Assembly (NCBI GenBank): GCA_963667015.2
Contig: CAXXJJ010000004.1
Span: forward strand, 2,208,001-2,272,000
Reading direction: 5' to 3'
From: Desulfatiglandales bacterium
GTDB lineage: Bacteria; Desulfobacterota; DSM-4660; Desulfatiglandales; HGW-15
Length of the DNA: 64,000 bases
In this document: piece after piece, positions 20,039 to 30,586 of the stretch
How the letters are laid out: the number at the start of each line of letters is the position of its first letter
How positions within the stretch are numbered: position 1 is the first letter of the stretch
The notes under the pieces: generated by a model
The model's input: only the letters and a program-made list of their open reading frames with translations
What the model was told of the DNA's origin: nothing
Databases searched by the model: none
Position numbers and translations under genes: made by a program

Positions 20039-20455
20039 ATGAAGTATCTCCTGGATACGAATGTTCTTTCAGAGGCGGTAAAAACACATCCTGATAAATC
20101 AGTTATGGATATGCTTCAAAAAAATGCCCGAGAGATTGCTACAGCATCACTGGTGTGGCATGAACTTCAATACGGATACAGGCGCCTCCCTAAATCCAGA
20201 AAAAAAGATATCATTGCAGACTTTTTAAATGATGTTGTATTGCCAGCTATCCCAATTCTACCCTATGATGATAGAGCGGCTGAATTACATGCCGAAGAGC
20301 GTTCAAGACTATCATTAAGTGGAATTACCCTGCCCTTTGTTGATGGTCAAATCGCATCAATAGCTGTTGTCAATAATTTAATACTTGTCACAAGAAACAT
20401 CACAGATTTTAAGAAATTTAAAAACATAAAACTTGAAAACTGGCATAATCCCTAA
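20039..20455 (+). CDS. vapC: VapC (PIN) toxin
   Basis: YLLDTNVLSE, DGQIASIA, LVTRNITDF, LENW. Confidence 0.93.
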   Translation: MKYLLDTNVLSEAVKTHPDKSVMDMLQKNAREIATASLVWHELQYGYRRLPKSRKKDIIADFLNDVVLPAIPILPYDDRAAELHAEERSRLSLSGITLPFVDGQIASIAVVNNLILVTRNITDFKKFKNIKLENWHNP

Positions 20456-20522
20456 AAGGCAGAAATAGAAAATAAATCTTTACAACAAACTGTTCTTATC
20501 ATGAAAAAGCAACCGTATCGAT

Positions 20523-20723
20523 ATGAGAATTAATATAAACCTCGATGACAATCTGGTAAAAGAAGCCTTTAAATACACAGGGGCAAAAACAAAAAAAGAG
20601 CTTATCGATATCGCATTAAAAGAACTCGTTGAAACCCGTAAGCGATTGAACCTTCTAGACTTAGCCGGAAAAATCAAATTTGTTGAGAATTATGATCATA
20701 AGGCATTACGGGAAGGAAAATAG
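20523..20723 (+). CDS. vapB: VapB-family antitoxin
   Basis: MRININLDDNLVKEA..TKKELIDIALKE..YDHKALR. Confidence 0.85.
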   Translation: MRININLDDNLVKEAFKYTGAKTKKELIDIALKELVETRKRLNLLDLAGKIKFVENYDHKALREGK

Positions 20724-20727
20724 ATAA

Positions 20728-21122
20728 ATGGTTTTAGTTGATACCTCGGTTTTAATTGATTTTTTAAAGGCGATGTAAATAAACCATGCCGGAAGTTCCA
20801 CGAAGTGCTTGAGAATGCTATTCCATTTGGAATTACATCACAGATACTCCAGGAAGTCCTCCAGGGAGCAAAAAGCCCAAACGAATTCCAAAAATTAAAA
20901 AGGTATCTGGAATTCCAACAATTTTTTCACCCCAAATATATGGTTGAAAGCTATATACAAGCCTCTAAGATATACTTTGATTGCCGAAAAAAGGGAATCA
21001 CCATTAGAAGCACCATTGATTGCCTGATCGCCCAAATCGCTATGGAAAATAATCTTTCGTTGTTACACAACGACAACGATTTTAGTGAAATGGCGAAAGT
21101 TATACCATTAAAACAATATTGA
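20728..21122 (+). pseudogene. vapC: VapC (PIN) toxin, frameshifted
   Basis: MVLVDTSVLIDF from 20728 stops early; one extra T in the T-run at 20760-20765 restores the frame into ..EVLQG..RSTIDCLIA..LHNDNDF. Confidence 0.8.
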
Positions 21123-21210
21123 TTTTCGGACACTATAAAAGACTTATCAAAAATATATATCACAAGATAATTCCCCAGCCGGTCCCATTAACAAATTAAC
21201 ATCCTCAGAA

Positions 21211-22073
21211 ATGATAAATAATTCAAAAGAACATATAACCATCTACACTCCTGAATCTACAATACGGCACCCACTTCGCTTGTTCCAAGATATGTTCAGA
21301 GATCTGTTTACAGGTCGTGAACTTGCATGGAGGCTTACAGTAAGAGACATAAGCGCGCAGTATCGTCAAACAGCATTGGGGCTTCTCTGGGCTTTTATAC
21401 TGCCTCTGGCACATACGATTACATGGATATTTCTAAGCGGCTCAGGAATAGTGAAGGTATCCGAGACACAGACCTTCCCTATCCTGTATACGTGTTTTCA
21501 GGCACAATGTTATGGGCCATATTTATGGATGCGGTGAATGCCCCTCTTAAACAGACAACAAACGCAAAACAGATGCTGGCAAAAATAAATTTTCCTAGGG
21601 AGGCGCTTGTAGTTTCCGGGATCTATCAGACAATATTTAATGGAATAATAAAAATTACCCTGCTTATGATGGTATTGATAATCTTCGGCATATACCCTGG
21701 GTGGTCTTTCTTATGGTTCCCGATTGGCATTATTTCACTGATACTTGCAGGCACTGCACTGGGCCTGTTGGTTACCCCGGTTGGTTTATTGTATACAGAT
21801 ATAGGTAAATCACTCCCTCTTCTAATGCAGTTTCTTATGTACCTGACCCCGGTCGTATTTCCCATGCCACAGGGTGGATTTGCAGCGGCCCTCTACCGGT
21901 TAAATCCTCTGACACCCCTGATCATGTCCACGCGAGGGTGGCTTACTGGTACAGCTATAGAATCCTTTGGGTATTATATCCTTGTGAACGGTGCAGCACT
22001 TCTCCTGCTCATGATAGTCTGGATTGTATATCGGGCTGCCATGCCGATACTAATTGAGAGGATGAGCGCGTAA
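21211..22073 (+). pseudogene. wzm: Polysaccharide ABC transporter permease Wzm, frameshifted near 21465
   Basis: RDISAQYRQTALGLLWA is in one frame; DLPYPVYVFSG..KINFPRE..YLTPVVF..LNPL is in another; a 2-nt excess at GAGACACAGAC. Confidence 0.8.
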
Positions 22074-22075
22074 AA

Positions 22076-23293
22076 ATGAACGATACGCTTGTAAAAGTCG
22101 AAAACGTCTCCAAAAAATTCTGCCGGAGCCTGAAAAAATCACTCTGGTACGGCATGAAAGACCTGGGAAGTGAACTGATAGGCCGGACACATGGAGGAAA
22201 TGACGATCTGCGTCCCGATGAATTCTGGGCAGTTAATGATGTAAGTTTTGAACTAAAACGAGGAGAATGTCTTGGATTAATCGGTCGAAACGGTGCAGGT
22301 AAAACAACTCTTCTTAAAATGCTGAACGGTCTGATAAAGCCCGATAAAGGCAGAATTGAAATGAGAGGCAGAGTAGGAGCACTCATCGCTTTAGGTGCCG
22401 GATTTAACCCAATTTTGACCGGCCGTGAAAATATCCATGTAAATGCATCAGTTTTAGGATTAAAAAAGAGGGAGATTGATGCCAGGTTTGATGAAATAGT
22501 TGAATTCGCAGAACTTGATGAATTCATCGATACGCCTGTCCAGAACTACAGTTCTGGAATGCAGGTCAGACTGGGTTTTGCTGTCGCAACGACTCTTGAA
22601 CCTGATATACTTCTGGTTGATGAGGTATTATCGGTCGGTGACCTGGGCTTTGTATTAAAGTGTTTAAACCGTATAGATAAAATATTGAAAAACACATGCA
22701 TAGTATTTGTTTCTCATCGTATGCCTCAGGTTGCCCGAATTAGTGATCAAATCATTTTACTAAACGGTGGTAAAATGGTCTATCATGACTCAGATGTTTC
22801 CGGGGGCATAAATAAATACTACTCCATGGTTCAAACAAAAACAGGGGCTCTTATTGATTCTGATGAAGCAAAGTTAACCAGTATAGAACTCGAATCAGGA
22901 TCAAAAAAAGCAATACCGGATAAAATTTTTACTGTTACTTATGGAGAAGAATTGAAAATCATTCTTGACATCAAACTTGATATTTCAATTGACAACCCTC
23001 ACCTCTATATGGCTTTTCATGATAGAGAGCAAAGAAATTTTGCCGAAATATTCAGTTCCACCGAAGACTTTAGCATAAAAAATAAAACGGGCCGCATTCT
23101 AATTGAAGCAACTATTCAAAACATTAACTTCTCTCAAGGAATATATTCAATCGCTGTTGGTTTAACTGAAAAAAAAGGCGGGAAAGTGCTTTTCAGGCAC
23201 AACACAGCAGCCTACTTTCAGATTAAGGGAGCACAGCAGGGTTGGGCGCCTGTACAAATTAACCCTTCATGGAAACAGCACCATATACAATAA
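22076..23293 (+). CDS. wzt: Polysaccharide ABC transporter ATPase Wzt with C-terminal carbohydrate-binding domain
   Basis: GRNGAGKTT, YSSGMQVRLGF, DEVLSVGD. Confidence 0.92.
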   Translation: MNDTLVKVENVSKKFCRSLKKSLWYGMKDLGSELIGRTHGGNDDLRPDEFWAVNDVSFELKRGECLGLIGRNGAGKTTLLKMLNGLIKPDKGRIEMRGRVGALIALGAGFNPILTGRENIHVNASVLGLKKREIDARFDEIVEFAELDEFIDTPVQNYSSGMQVRLGFAVATTLEPDILLVDEVLSVGDLGFVLKCLNRIDKILKNTCIVFVSHRMPQVARISDQIILLNGGKMVYHDSDVSGGINKYYSMVQTKTGALIDSDEAKLTSIELESGSKKAIPDKIFTVTYGEELKIILDIKLDISIDNPHLYMAFHDREQRNFAEIFSSTEDFSIKNKTGRILIEATIQNINFSQGIYSIAVGLTEKKGGKVLFRHNTAAYFQIKGAQQGWAPVQINPSWKQHHIQ

Positions 23294-23315
23294 CAGCGGG
23301 ACAGGGTAAATAGCT

Positions 23316-24425
23316 ATGAACAAAAAAATTTATATCACAAAGCCTTATCTTCCTCCATTAAGCGAGTTTATTCCATACCTTGAGCAGATTTGGAACAATA
23401 AACAACTAACAAATATGGGACCATTCCATAAAGATTTTGAAAAAGCTCTCTCAGATTTTCTGGGAGTTGATCATCTATCATTATTTACAAACGGTACACT
23501 CGCACTTGTAACAGCACTTCAGTCTCTTAAGATAAAAGGGGAAGTAATAACAACTCCATATTCTTTTGTCGCGACATCTCATTCACTTTTATGGAACGAT
23601 ATTAAACCTGTCTTTGTTGATATAGATCCTGACACTCTAAATATTGACCCGAACCTAATCGAAGACGCTATTACACCACAAACAACCGCCATTTTGCCTG
23701 TACATATTTATGGCAACCCTTGTGATGTTGAGGCCATCCAAAATATTGCAGACACTTATGGCTTAAAAGTCATATATGATGCTGCACATGCATTTGGTGT
23801 CAAACATACTAAAAAAAATATTTTCAAATTTGGAGACCTTTCTATTTTAAGTTTTCATGCCACAAAAGTATTTAATACTTTTGAAGGTGGAGCAATTATC
23901 TGCCCTGATGCAAAAACTAAAAAAAGAATAGACTATTTAAAAAATTTTGGTTTCGCAGGAGAGACAACTGTAACAGCTCCTGGGTTAAACGGGAAAATGA
24001 ACGAATTTCAAGCAGCTCTTGGGCTTACACAATTAACGCATATCGATCAGGTAATAGAGCTTCGAAAAAAAATAGATGAAAAGTACCGTAAGGGATTAAA
24101 AAATACAAAAGGCATACGACTCCTATCCCCTCCTAAAGATTGCCTGTCGAACTATTCTTATTTTCCGATTCTAGTTGAGATAGAGTATCCCATAACTAGG
24201 GATGAACTTTATCAAAAACTAAGAGATAGCGGGATATTTGTTCGCAGGTATTTTTACCCTTTAATCAGCGAATTTCCTATGTACAGAGGCTTGCCGTCGG
24301 CAAATTCAATTCAATTACAGGTGGCTGAATCAATATCCAGAAAAATTCTTTGTCTTCCGATATATCCTGATCTTGAAATGAATATGGTGGACATGATTAT
24401 CGGACAAATTACAAGTGCTGGATAA
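23316..24425 (+). CDS. vioA: DegT/DnrJ sugar aminotransferase, VioA-like
   Basis: IYITKPYLPPL, LTNMGP, SFHATKVFNTFEGG, NGKMNE, RRYFYPLI. Confidence 0.8.
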   Translation: MNKKIYITKPYLPPLSEFIPYLEQIWNNKQLTNMGPFHKDFEKALSDFLGVDHLSLFTNGTLALVTALQSLKIKGEVITTPYSFVATSHSLLWNDIKPVFVDIDPDTLNIDPNLIEDAITPQTTAILPVHIYGNPCDVEAIQNIADTYGLKVIYDAAHAFGVKHTKKNIFKFGDLSILSFHATKVFNTFEGGAIICPDAKTKKRIDYLKNFGFAGETTVTAPGLNGKMNEFQAALGLTQLTHIDQVIELRKKIDEKYRKGLKNTKGIRLLSPPKDCLSNYSYFPILVEIEYPITRDELYQKLRDSGIFVRRYFYPLISEFPMYRGLPSANSIQLQVAESISRKILCLPIYPDLEMNMVDMIIGQITSAG

Positions 24426-24452
24426 AAAACATAATCATAGAGAGAAGGAATA

Positions 24453-24917
24453 ATGGAAGAAGATAAGTCATATTTGAGATTTTTAGATGATTTTAAAGTT
24501 GGTCAAATATATAAACATTATCCGGGAAAAACAATAACTGAAAGCGATAATAATCTATTTTGCCTTTTAACTCTAAACCATCATCCCTTACACAGCGACA
24601 TTGAATTTGCGAAAAAAAACCAACATGGGAGAATATTAGTTGTTGGCACATATGTATTAAGCCTTGTCATAGGCATGTCAGTTCCTCATATTTCCGGTGC
24701 AGCGATTGCAAATTTGGAATATGAAAGTGTTGTTCATAATAACCCTGTGTTTATAGGTGATACCATATATGCGGAGTCCATAATATTGGATGTGAGGGAA
24801 TCTAAAAACAGATCTGATCGTGGTATCCTTTATGTTGAGACTACAGCGTTTAATCAAAATATGGAAAATGTTATTACCCTTAGAAGAAAGGTACTTTTAC
24901 CTAAAAATATTACATAA
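24453..24917 (+). CDS. MaoC-family (R)-hydratase/dehydratase
   Basis: GKTITESDNNLFCLLTLNHHPLHSD, PVFIGDTIYAES. Confidence 0.9.
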   Translation: MEEDKSYLRFLDDFKVGQIYKHYPGKTITESDNNLFCLLTLNHHPLHSDIEFAKKNQHGRILVVGTYVLSLVIGMSVPHISGAAIANLEYESVVHNNPVFIGDTIYAESIILDVRESKNRSDRGILYVETTAFNQNMENVITLRRKVLLPKNIT

Positions 24918-24960
24918 AATACTTTCTAACGATAATAACCCCTTAAATAATGGAGTTATA

Positions 24961-25881
24961 ATGAATAAACCATATAAAGGTCCATGGATAATCAGATCCT
25001 TTTTATTTGTGCCCGGTCATATTGAGAAGATGTTAACGAAGGCCAGTAAATCAGATGCAGATTGCGTAGCATTTTGCCTTGAGGATGCTGTTCCTATGGA
25101 AGAAAAAGAAAACGCCCGGACTACCGTTCGTAATGTATTAGAGGGAGGTTTATTCAATAATAAACCGACTTTTGTGAGGATCAATCCAATTGATTCCGGG
25201 CTAACTTTAAGAGACCTTGAGGGGGTAGCTTGTAAAAATTTAGATGGTTTTGTCTATCCAATGGCATATACTCCTGATGATATTAAAAGTTTTGACGCAC
25301 AATTAAGCTTAATGGAAAACCAGCTACAATTAAAAAAAGGACATTTTTCGATTATAGTGCTAATTGAAACTCCTCTTGCTGTTTTGAAAGCCTATGAAAT
25401 AGCAAAAGCATCGGAAAGAGTAGTAGGTCTTCTTTTTGGGTGCGAAGACTATATGGCAGAAATGGAAAGCCGATATTCCAAAGAAGAACTCTCTCTCTTT
25501 ACTCCACGAAGCATGGTTGCAATGGCAGCACGAGCAGCTGGAGTTGTGCCTATTGATACACCTTATGTGAAAGTTCATGATCTAGTTGGATTAAAACGTT
25601 TTACATCTTTGGGGCGTGACCTAGGTATGGCTGGAATGCTTGTGATGTCACCTAAGCAGATTCAAATCGTCAATAAATGCTACACCCCTGGCAAAAAAGA
25701 AATTGAAATCGCTACTGAAATAGTTCAAGCTGCTAATAATGCAAAAAAAGCCGGAAAAGGTATCGTGATAGTTAAAGGAAATTTCATTTCTCCACCCTCT
25801 TTAAAGCAAGCTGAAAAACTTTTAGAACGTTTCGCAGTGATTAAAAATTTTGAGGAAGTGCGTAAACAGTACTCTGCATAA
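24961..25881 (+). CDS. CitE/HpcH-like CoA-ester lyase
   Basis: RSFLFVPG, CLEDAV, FVRINP, LIETP, FGCEDY, PKQI; start revised to 24961. Confidence 0.9.
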   Translation: MNKPYKGPWIIRSFLFVPGHIEKMLTKASKSDADCVAFCLEDAVPMEEKENARTTVRNVLEGGLFNNKPTFVRINPIDSGLTLRDLEGVACKNLDGFVYPMAYTPDDIKSFDAQLSLMENQLQLKKGHFSIIVLIETPLAVLKAYEIAKASERVVGLLFGCEDYMAEMESRYSKEELSLFTPRSMVAMAARAAGVVPIDTPYVKVHDLVGLKRFTSLGRDLGMAGMLVMSPKQIQIVNKCYTPGKKEIEIATEIVQAANNAKKAGKGIVIVKGNFISPPSLKQAEKLLERFAVIKNFEEVRKQYSA

Positions 25882-25908
25882 TATTTCACCCTTGATAGAG
25901 ATAAAAAT

Positions 25909-26568
25909 ATGGCAAAGAAAATAGTAATGTTAGGTGGACGTGGTGTAGGTATGATAGCCTCTACTATAATCGATAAGCTTAATGAATATACACTGGTTGG
26001 ATTTCTAAACGATATCGTACCCGAAGGTCAAAAAGTCGGGAAGTATAAAAAAATAGAGGTGTTAGGAAAGTCGGAAGACATTATTAATTTTCTGGACGAC
26101 CATGAAGTCTATTTTTTTATAGCATATTTAGGAATGCTGCAGAAGAGCAATATCTATGATAAGCTTAAAAAATTGAAAATCCCATCTGACAGGTTTGTTA
26201 ACTTAATTGACCCATCAGCAATAATCCCATATGAATACTGCTCTTTAGGCACAGGAATTTTAGCATCCCCGCTGGTGCAGTTAAGTCCAGACACAACAAT
26301 TAAAGATAACTGCATTCTACTTCCAAACTCTTTTATCGGTCATGATTCGACAATTGATGAATTCGTATCAATTGCAAATAATGCAACTGTTGGAGGTAAT
26401 GTGCATGTAAAAAATGGCGTGCATATAGGAACGAATGCCAGCATAAGAGAAAATATTACAATTGGTGAGTTCAGCATTATTGGCATGGGTTCAGTTGTTT
26501 TAAATGATGTACCACCTAAATCAGTTGTTGCAGGGAACCCAGCAAAAATAATAAGAAGTTTGAATTGA
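25909..26568 (+). CDS. Hexapeptide-repeat sugar acyltransferase (NeuD/PglD/VioB family)
   Basis: IGHDSTI catalytic His, beta-helix repeats, VAGNPAK. Confidence 0.88.
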   Translation: MAKKIVMLGGRGVGMIASTIIDKLNEYTLVGFLNDIVPEGQKVGKYKKIEVLGKSEDIINFLDDHEVYFFIAYLGMLQKSNIYDKLKKLKIPSDRFVNLIDPSAIIPYEYCSLGTGILASPLVQLSPDTTIKDNCILLPNSFIGHDSTIDEFVSIANNATVGGNVHVKNGVHIGTNASIRENITIGEFSIIGMGSVVLNDVPPKSVVAGNPAKIIRSLN

Positions 26569-26604
26569 TACGACTAAACTAAATACATAAAAACCTAATT
26601 AACA

Positions 26605-27558
26605 ATGAAATCAGAAGAGGAAATTTCAAAGCTCTGGGGAAATAGCCATGAGCCAATGGTCTCAATTATTTGCCCGGCATATAATCATGAGAGGTTTATC
26701 GATCAGACATTAAAGGGTTTTATAAATCAGGTTACAGACTTCCCTTTTGAGATTATTTTACATGATGATGCATCAACGGACAGGACGGCCTCGATCATCG
26801 CTGATTACGAAAAGAAATATCCTAAGATTATTAAATGTATTTTTCAAAAAGAAAATCAATTTTCAAAAGGTAGAAAAATTACTCCGATACTTTTACAGCA
26901 TGCCATGGCGAAATACATTGCTTTCTGTGAAGGCGATGATTACTGGACGGATCCTTATAAACTTAAAAAGCAGATAGAATTTTTGGAAACACATCCGGAT
27001 TTTTCGATGTGCTGCACAAATTTCAGCGTTATAGATACTGATGGAAATATTATTTACAATGAGGGTTGGCATGGTCGTAAAGTAAAAAATGCAGTTATTA
27101 CCCATAAAATGATATTGGAGTCCTATAATCCGAAAACCTTAACCTCGGTAATAAGGCGAAATGCTTTACCAAATTCTTGGCCTATAGAATATTATGCCTC
27201 TCCTAATGGTGATAATTTTATTTTTGCAGTGGCTACCATAGGAGGTGATGCAGCTTACTTAGACGCGATTACAGGTTGTTATCGTAAACATTCGGATGGA
27301 ATATGGTCATCAAAAGATATAGATATCCAATATAAGATGCAACTTATTACCTGCAAATATTTAAAAAAATATTTCAACAATAAACAAGACAAACAGGCTA
27401 TGAATCAAAGGATTATAAGAATAGGGCAAAACCTGCTTATTACCTACATTCAAAAAAATAATTTAAAAGAAATATTCTTTCTCTCGATTAAACTTTCATT
27501 AAATGGTTTTAAAACGTTATGGCAAGCATGGCATAAAGCATTAAAAACTCTTCGCTAA
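26605..27558 (+). CDS. Glycosyltransferase family 2
   Basis: VSIICPAYNH, HDDASTD, CEGDDYW. Confidence 0.9.
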   Translation: MKSEEEISKLWGNSHEPMVSIICPAYNHERFIDQTLKGFINQVTDFPFEIILHDDASTDRTASIIADYEKKYPKIIKCIFQKENQFSKGRKITPILLQHAMAKYIAFCEGDDYWTDPYKLKKQIEFLETHPDFSMCCTNFSVIDTDGNIIYNEGWHGRKVKNAVITHKMILESYNPKTLTSVIRRNALPNSWPIEYYASPNGDNFIFAVATIGGDAAYLDAITGCYRKHSDGIWSSKDIDIQYKMQLITCKYLKKYFNNKQDKQAMNQRIIRIGQNLLITYIQKNNLKEIFFLSIKLSLNGFKTLWQAWHKALKTLR

Positions 27559-27607
27559 TTCTCTTATTACCAATATAACTAAATTGATTCAAGGTATGAG
27601 GTTTCCT

Positions 27608-28507
27608 ATGGATAAAAATGATATTTTACTTCCTTTTGTTTCTATAATTGTCCCTGTATATAACAATCCAATTGATATAAAATCATGTATTATATCTCTC
27701 CTTGAACAAACATATGATAAAAATTTGTATGAAATAATAATTGTTGATAATGGCTCTAGTGATAATACAAAGACTATCATCAAAAAATATCCTGTAATTT
27801 ATCTAAAAGAAAATGATATCCAAAGCTCCTATGCTGCTCGAAATAAAGGGATAAAATATGCTCGTGGGAAAATCATTGCATTTACAGATTCGGATTGCAC
27901 ACCACATCCGGATTGGTTAAAGGAGGGAATTAAAAATATGAATCAGCAAAATGCTGATTTATGTGGTGGGCAGGTCTGTTTTTCTTACTCTCCAAATCCG
28001 ACAGGTGCAGAAATATGGGATTCATTAACCAATATGCAGATTGAGCAGAACATTAATGAAAGGAGCATAGCAAAGACCGCCAATTTATTTGTGCGGTCCA
28101 ATGTCTTCTCAAAAATCGGATATTTCCCTTACAACGTAAAATCGGGAGGTGATATCATTTTTACAAAAAGGGCGACTTCATCAGGACATAAATTAATCTA
28201 TGCTTCCTCAGCTAAGATTGACCACCCCACAAGAAAATTATTCGATTTATTAAAAAAACAGTTCCGGGTGGGTATAGGACAATCGGACATACTTTTTCAG
28301 CTGAAATTATCAAAATCCGATTTCTTGAACAGGTTGGCCTATAGAGCTTTTCCTCCCCCTATATCTCCTATTCGAAGGTTATTAAAAAAAAGTTATCTTT
28401 ATACAACAGAATTAAGGCTGATTCGTGTTTGGCTCGCGAGCTATATTTGCAGAATGGTAACAGGAGCAGGAAATATCACAGCAATGATCAAAAGAAGGAT
28501 TTCATAA
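27608..28507 (+). CDS. Glycosyltransferase family 2
   Basis: VSIIVPVYN, VDNGSSD, SYAARNKG, FTDSDC. Confidence 0.9.
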   Translation: MDKNDILLPFVSIIVPVYNNPIDIKSCIISLLEQTYDKNLYEIIIVDNGSSDNTKTIIKKYPVIYLKENDIQSSYAARNKGIKYARGKIIAFTDSDCTPHPDWLKEGIKNMNQQNADLCGGQVCFSYSPNPTGAEIWDSLTNMQIEQNINERSIAKTANLFVRSNVFSKIGYFPYNVKSGGDIIFTKRATSSGHKLIYASSAKIDHPTRKLFDLLKKQFRVGIGQSDILFQLKLSKSDFLNRLAYRAFPPPISPIRRLLKKSYLYTTELRLIRVWLASYICRMVTGAGNITAMIKRRIS

Positions 28508-28508
28508 G

Positions 28509-29594
28509 ATGATACTGAATTTAAACGAACTTATAGAAAAAAGCGCCGCTACTGCTCTAACTCATCAAAGAAACGACGGAGCAATGCCGGCAGGTCACAA
28601 TGGCCCATATAATGATCCGGAAACTCCTGTAAGAAACACAGCCCATTTTCTTTATTTATTTTCAGATCTTTATCAAAAGACAGGAGATGCTCAATATCAA
28701 CTCGCTTGTGAAAAAGCAATTGACTATTTGTCAAGTTCGGAAGCAACACCCTTCGGACACACATTCCATTGCAGAGACAAAGTCGGGAAAGATAAATGCA
28801 ATGGATTAATCGGTCAGGCCTGGGTTATTGAAGCTCTGGTAAAGGCTTCGAGTGTATTTAACAGAAAAGATTTTTATGACCTGGCTGAAAACCTATTCCT
28901 CATTCACCCCTGGGACAAAAATGTAAATCGTTGGAAACGCGTTGAAATAGAAGGTAATATCTTACCATATGATACAACCTTCAATCATCAGTTATGGTTT
29001 GCAGCTGCCGGCTCATTACTAAATAAAACAAAGATTGCTATGTATCGGGCACTAACCTTTTTGCAAAATATTGCTAGCAATGTAAACCTATATAAAAACG
29101 GCGTTATCTTTCACTCTTCGTCAATGGGCAAACTGATAGACTATTTTAAAAATGGTCGCAAAGAACTCATTAGAGAGTTACGATTCAGGAATCGCAAGAG
29201 AAAAGAGAAAAATAAATTATATTTAAAATCCGTGGGCTACCATGGTTTTAACCTATACGCTTTTGCTCTATTAAAAAAAGCTTTTCCTGATGAAAAAATA
29301 TGGAAAACCAAAACCTTTAACAAACTTATCAATGTGTGCAATGACATTCAGTTCCAGGAAAAGCTTAAATATTCAGAGTTTGGTTACATCTATAACCTAT
29401 CAGGAATCGAGATCGCCTATGCCATGGAAACATTCTTCGATGATAAAGAAAAAGTGATTCCATGGCTTGAGATCCAGTTTAAGGAGACTTTTGATTATGA
29501 CAGCTATTCTTTCTCTAGGGGTGTACAGGATAAAAACACAGCTATCGCCAGAATATATGAAGCGGCAAGATTTAAATATAATTATACTGTTTAA
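28509..29594 (+). CDS. Hypothetical glycan-locus protein, probably AglQ-like / (alpha/alpha) toroid
   Basis: DGAMPAGHNGPYNDPETPVRNTAH, CNGLIGQAW, TFNHQLWFA, GYHGFNLY; AglQ resemblance is from memory. Confidence 0.5.
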   Translation: MILNLNELIEKSAATALTHQRNDGAMPAGHNGPYNDPETPVRNTAHFLYLFSDLYQKTGDAQYQLACEKAIDYLSSSEATPFGHTFHCRDKVGKDKCNGLIGQAWVIEALVKASSVFNRKDFYDLAENLFLIHPWDKNVNRWKRVEIEGNILPYDTTFNHQLWFAAAGSLLNKTKIAMYRALTFLQNIASNVNLYKNGVIFHSSSMGKLIDYFKNGRKELIRELRFRNRKRKEKNKLYLKSVGYHGFNLYAFALLKKAFPDEKIWKTKTFNKLINVCNDIQFQEKLKYSEFGYIYNLSGIEIAYAMETFFDDKEKVIPWLEIQFKETFDYDSYSFSRGVQDKNTAIARIYEAARFKYNYTV

Positions 29595-29649
29595 ATAAAT
29601 TAAGTCTTTCTACACAATTAAAAGTCAAAAATTTTTTCAAGCAAGTATT

Positions 29650-30570
29650 TTGAAAAAAATCAATATTAGTATAATAATCCCGGTCTATGATGATTCACAA
29701 GGCTTGATAACGAGTCTTGAATCAATCAACTTCCATCTAGGTAATAGAAAAGATACAGAAGTTATTGTCTGCAATGATGGAGGTGGAGATAGCATTTCAA
29801 AAATTGCAGAGTTATATAACGTCAAGGAAGTAAGGTTAAATAAAAACAGAGGTTCCTATGCGGCGCGTAATAAAGGGATAGAGGCATCAAAAGGTGACAT
29901 TCTCGTATTCCTGGATGCCGATCAGAAAATAACTGAAAACTGGCTTAATGCTGGAGTGGCCGCTTTAAGTATTTCCGATTATGCCGGAGGCTTGATAAAA
30001 ATTGAAGAAGTTGAAAACCCTACAGATTGGGAATTGCTTAACATACTCACTGCCTTTCCTGTGAAAAACTATCTTGAAAATTCACATTTTGCGCCTACAG
30101 CTAACCTGTTCATCAATAAAAAAATATTAACTAAAGTCGGCCAATTTAACGAAATATTATATTCCGGTGGAGATTATGACTTCGGATTAAGGGTTTTCAA
30201 TAATGGATTCAAACAAGTATTCGCCCCTGATGCCATTACTTTCCACCCTGTAAGAAATAAGAGTGAACAATTAAGGAAACTAAAAAGAACTGCATATGGT
30301 TACGTAGATCTTCTATTCTTAGTCCAAAACAGTAATAAATTACTATTTATCATTGACTCATTCAAACGACTTATTCTTGTTCCTTTTGAAATGATATGGA
30401 GAATCTTTCGATTTCCATTTTTTGATTACTGGAAAAACGATAAAATAAATTTTAAATTCATCTATATAAAAAAATTAAAAAAATTCATATACACATGGTT
30501 TTTATTGAAACATGCATTTGGAATTATATTCAATAAATTTCATAAGATATTATTCAAACAAAACACATAG
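29650..30570 (+). CDS. Glycosyltransferase family 2
   Basis: ISIIIPVY, CNDGG, SYAARNKG, FLDAD, SGGDYDF. Confidence 0.88.
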   Translation: MKKINISIIIPVYDDSQGLITSLESINFHLGNRKDTEVIVCNDGGGDSISKIAELYNVKEVRLNKNRGSYAARNKGIEASKGDILVFLDADQKITENWLNAGVAALSISDYAGGLIKIEEVENPTDWELLNILTAFPVKNYLENSHFAPTANLFINKKILTKVGQFNEILYSGGDYDFGLRVFNNGFKQVFAPDAITFHPVRNKSEQLRKLKRTAYGYVDLLFLVQNSNKLLFIIDSFKRLILVPFEMIWRIFRFPFFDYWKNDKINFKFIYIKKLKKFIYTWFLLKHAFGIIFNKFHKILFKQNT

Positions 30571-30586
30571 ATTTATTCCTAATAAA

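Noticed and set aside
19568..21210. TA pairs as integron cassettes
   Set aside because: No integron integrase and no recognisable repeated attC-like sites between the genes
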